Positions 7,018 to 9,760 of a stretch of 9,760 nt of DNA are shown in pieces. A program made the position numbers and the translations under genes. Location: positions 1 through 9,760 of the IMG/VR virus record IMGVR_UViG_3300026885_000082; one strand, written 5' to 3'. Numbering within the stretch: the first letter of the stretch is position 1; each line of letters starts with the position of its first letter. Under the pieces are notes generated by a model. It was not told the DNA's origin. It ran no database searches and worked only from the letters and a program-made list of their open reading frames with translations.

Positions 7018-7750
7018 GTACTACACCTCTCACATAACCGTTGTGAACGTAAATGTACAAGACGTTATCGGAAACTATGTAGGAAATATTATATCCGATC
7101 ACGGTCACGTTTCCGAAAACTGGCTGGTAAAGTATCACAGTACCATTCACGACGATACCGTTATTATAGGAAAGTTTGGTTCCCGGAGTGAGCTCGATAT
7201 ACCAACCCCACGGTAATGCCTCGTTATACTTCCCGCTGTAATACAGTACGGAAAAGTCTGGGTTGATGATAAGAGGCCTAGTTATGTTAGGTGTTACGTA
7301 AACTGGGGAGTTTACAAAATCATACCCTGAGTAGACCTGGACGAAGATCCTAGTAAAAGGCGGTATGAAGTAAAGGGGTGATGGCGCAGAGATATTGATC
7401 AGACGCCATGAGTGAGGCGGGATAACAGTCAGTGGACTATTGTAAGGTGCGTAAGCCATGATCTGACTTGAAACGACCCACCTCTTCTCACTACCGAGCA
7501 TGTAAAGGAGGAAAATAGGGTAAACCGGAGAGTTTCCGTGATTGGTAACGTTTAAGCACACTACGTCCCAGTATCCTACATCGCCGACATCGTAGACTTT
7601 CACGATGTAAACTGACAGCGGTAACGTCGGTTTCAACAATAAAGAGATTGTAAGTATTTCAAGCACGATGATACTAACCAAAAATATAATAGCAGTGGGG
7701 GTGTGGGGGTACCCCCCACTAGGGGGTACTCCCCTAAATGTCCAGTTCAT
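7007..7750 (-). CDS. Membrane-anchored, beta-rich exported (glyco)protein; start uncertain
   Basis: N-terminal TM helix, V/Y/P/N-rich sequence, several sequons (NVT, NIS, NIT, NGT). The first 20 or so codons run through a G/C hairpin cluster. Confidence 0.75.
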   Translation of the reverse strand: MNWTFRGVPPSGGYPHTPTAIIFLVSIIVLEILTISLLLKPTLPLSVYIVKVYDVGDVGYWDVVCLNVTNHGNSPVYPIFLLYMLGSEKRWVVSSQIMAYAPYNSPLTVIPPHSWRLINISAPSPLYFIPPFTRIFVQVYSGYDFVNSPVYVTPNITRPLIINPDFSVLYYSGKYNEALPWGWYIELTPGTKLSYNNGIVVNGTVILYQPVFGNVTVIGYNISYIVSDNVLYIYVHNGYVRGVVLGS

Positions 7751-8759
7751 AACTACTCACCCATACTGTTACGTAAAATAAGAAATAGTTCAAATCCCTC
7801 CAGCTCACGAGCCAGATAAAAGCCGGGAGGATCCACTTCCACTTAGTGTTAGGTTTGTACATCAACAACAACGCGATGTAGAGCGTTAGGAAGGCAACAG
7901 TATATGCGATGTGCGGTATAGGTACGCCTACCATGGTCAACAGGCTGACAGAAATACCTTGGTTCGCTATGGGTTGCGTGAGAGGACCTAATACGTCGAA
8001 AGCCCACTCTAACGAGATAAAGGGTAAATTGGGGATTAGGAAAACGGCTATCGGTATGATGATGTTCTTTGCCAGTTCTTTAGCAGTGAGGGCGTGGGGG
8101 TATTTCTCACTAAGACAATCCTTCCATATAAACGACAAGTAAAGTAACGTATATTGTTTAATGTCACCGCTCAGCGCCATAAGTGTCGTCCTAGCCCAAC
8201 CTTTTGTCGTGAGTGCCACGATTGCGATAGCTAAGGATATTATGTCAAACGCCCCACCTGTAAAAGCCGAGTAGCTCCCTTCAATCAACATGACGATGAA
8301 GAATAACTTCTCCTTACCCTTCCACCTCAGAAAGAGGTAAAGCAAGGACGTCGTGACGAGTGTAGCGATCTGAGGGTATACGACTGAGGCTATCTCGAAA
8401 TATAACGCAGGGTAACCCAACACATTAACGTAATAGGTGGGGGAGAGTGTAGCCGTGACCACGGGTTCAGCTACTGGAAACATCCTATAAGCGTTAATGA
8501 GGTTCGTTGTATAGGGATTAACCCCATGCCTAAAGAGATATGCCGCGTATAATATTAGACTTTCCTCATCGGTTTGCGAAGGAAGCCTATATACCGAGAC
8601 TGCAGTAAATGCAGCAACAAATGTAAAAAACACGATTAAATCGGCAAACCTTTTGTCATCTTTTACTAAATAGAGGAAAGTAAACACTATACCTAATATA
8701 TAAAATAGGTATATTATAGAAGAAGCTACTTCTAAGGAGAATATACCGTTGACGAACAT
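7734..8759 (-). CDS. Multi-pass membrane protein, GT-C-fold (GT87/DUF2029-like) glycosyltransferase
   Basis: Acidic TDEE in the first large loop, GVNPY, GYPALY, GGAFD and IKQY motifs, many TM segments. Confidence 0.7.
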   Translation of the reverse strand: MFVNGIFSLEVASSIIYLFYILGIVFTFLYLVKDDKRFADLIVFFTFVAAFTAVSVYRLPSQTDEESLILYAAYLFRHGVNPYTTNLINAYRMFPVAEPVVTATLSPTYYVNVLGYPALYFEIASVVYPQIATLVTTSLLYLFLRWKGKEKLFFIVMLIEGSYSAFTGGAFDIISLAIAIVALTTKGWARTTLMALSGDIKQYTLLYLSFIWKDCLSEKYPHALTAKELAKNIIIPIAVFLIPNLPFISLEWAFDVLGPLTQPIANQGISVSLLTMVGVPIPHIAYTVAFLTLYIALLLMYKPNTKWKWILPAFIWLVSWRDLNYFLFYVTVWVSSYELDI

Positions 8760-8779
8760 TAAAGCCCCTAGAAATACAG

Positions 8780-9760
8780 CTACTCTCTCAACTTCTTTAT
8801 GCAGTTCTCATCACCTCCTTTACAGTGATAAATAATTCTTTCCAAGTCACTTAGAGTATACCTCCTCGGTGTTGCTCTAATGTTGTATGCACTGAAGATG
8901 ATGTTGATCATGTCTTCGTTATACTCGTCCACGTGGAAAACTTCCTTTCCTAACACGTTCTCTCCTACCACAACAATCGGGACATTAGCAACACGAAACA
9001 GCTCTTTTATCGGTATCCCGCTCCTCTCATCTACAATGAGCACAGCGTTATACGTTTCAGCCACCTTTATCGCCTCATCCAGCCCCTTCGCGTTATAAAC
9101 GACTACGTTTCCCTTACCAACAGAGACGAAATAGGCAGCAAGTACAGGTATTCCGAGGTCTGGGTTAGCCTTCACGAAGTAGAGCTCAGGATAGTCAAGT
9201 GATGAGAAGAACCTCTCAAGCCTCCTATCCGTATAAGGTTTCTTAACGTAAATTATCCTGTAACCGCGAAGTGATTCCTCAGGCAGTCTGTCTATACCGT
9301 ATTGTAACCTTTTCAGATAGGACACTATGTTGGCGAAGTTCTGCATTGATGAGGCAAGTTTTGAGGCTAATTCTTCCCGTCTATCAAGGAATTGCGGGAA
9401 CTTCCTCTCTATGAGTATTTCTATAGCATCTTTGGTAGGCACTGGAACGTAGACTGGTTCACCGAACCTCCCTTCTCTTTTCAACGCACTGTCAATGAGA
9501 GAAGGCGAAATATTGGTTATTGCAATAAATAGTACATCACTTTCCCTCATCTTGGACATTGTATCGAGTAGCATCGACTTAATGTTAAGGTCTGCAGACG
9601 AAACACCTATTCTTTGTATTATGACTTCTCTTTGCATGAGCAACGTGTCAGCCTCGTCGATTATGAGAGCAGAAGGTCGTGATCTTACAGCTTCGTCGAT
9701 TTTTGCTTGGAAACCTTTTTCGCTTTGCCCAACATAGGGGCCTAATACTTCAGCGAAGTT
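8780..9760 (-). CDS. Classic-clade AAA ATPase (Cdc48/Vps4-like), 5'-truncated by the window edge
   Basis: The frame is open to 9760: NFAEVLGPYVGQSEKGFQAKIDEAVRSRPSALIIDEADTLL (pore loop YVG, Walker B IIDEAD), then sensor-1 AITN and SRH IDSALKREGRF. Walker A lies outside the window. Confidence 0.88.
   Translation of the reverse strand, partial: NFAEVLGPYVGQSEKGFQAKIDEAVRSRPSALIIDEADTLLMQREVIIQRIGVSSADLNIKSMLLDTMSKMRESDVLFIAITNISPSLIDSALKREGRFGEPVYVPVPTKDAIEILIERKFPQFLDRREELASKLASSMQNFANIVSYLKRLQYGIDRLPEESLRGYRIIYVKKPYTDRRLERFFSSLDYPELYFVKANPDLGIPVLAAYFVSVGKGNVVVYNAKGLDEAIKVAETYNAVLIVDERSGIPIKELFRVANVPIVVVGENVLGKEVFHVDEYNEDMINIIFSAYNIRATPRRYTLSDLERIIYHCKGGDENCIKKLRE

Noticed and set aside
1872-9737. 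Short alternative-frame or antisense ORFs (1872-2081, 3782-3982, 4793-5002, 5123-5377, 5635-5937, 5751-5963, 6904-7191, 6959-7216, 7909-8142, 8880-9098, 9495-9737)
   Set aside because: They lie within better-supported genes and have no motifs of their own.

Overview
AT-rich window most consistent with a Sulfolobales-type (thermoacidophilic crenarchaeal) mobile element, probably a virus/provirus; a conjugative or integrated plasmid is not excluded. This is inferred from small orphan ORFs, a zinc-finger protein, TATA-like promoters directly upstream of start codons, oligo-T tracts and an IS1341-like tnpB. Recognisable genes: OafA-type acyltransferase, FkbM-type methyltransferase, intact-looking tnpB with IS200/IS605 end hairpins, a GT-C-type membrane glycosyltransferase and a 5'-truncated classic-clade AAA ATPase. 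The most unusual feature is a non-coding array at 1182-1339 with an exact 38-bp period: 13-nt repeat, 9-nt variable segment, 7-nt second repeat, 9-nt variable segment. This matches the architecture of TIGR (tandem interspaced guide RNA) arrays rather than CRISPR, but no Nop-domain Tas gene is recognisable in the window. All calls are by eye; no searches were run.
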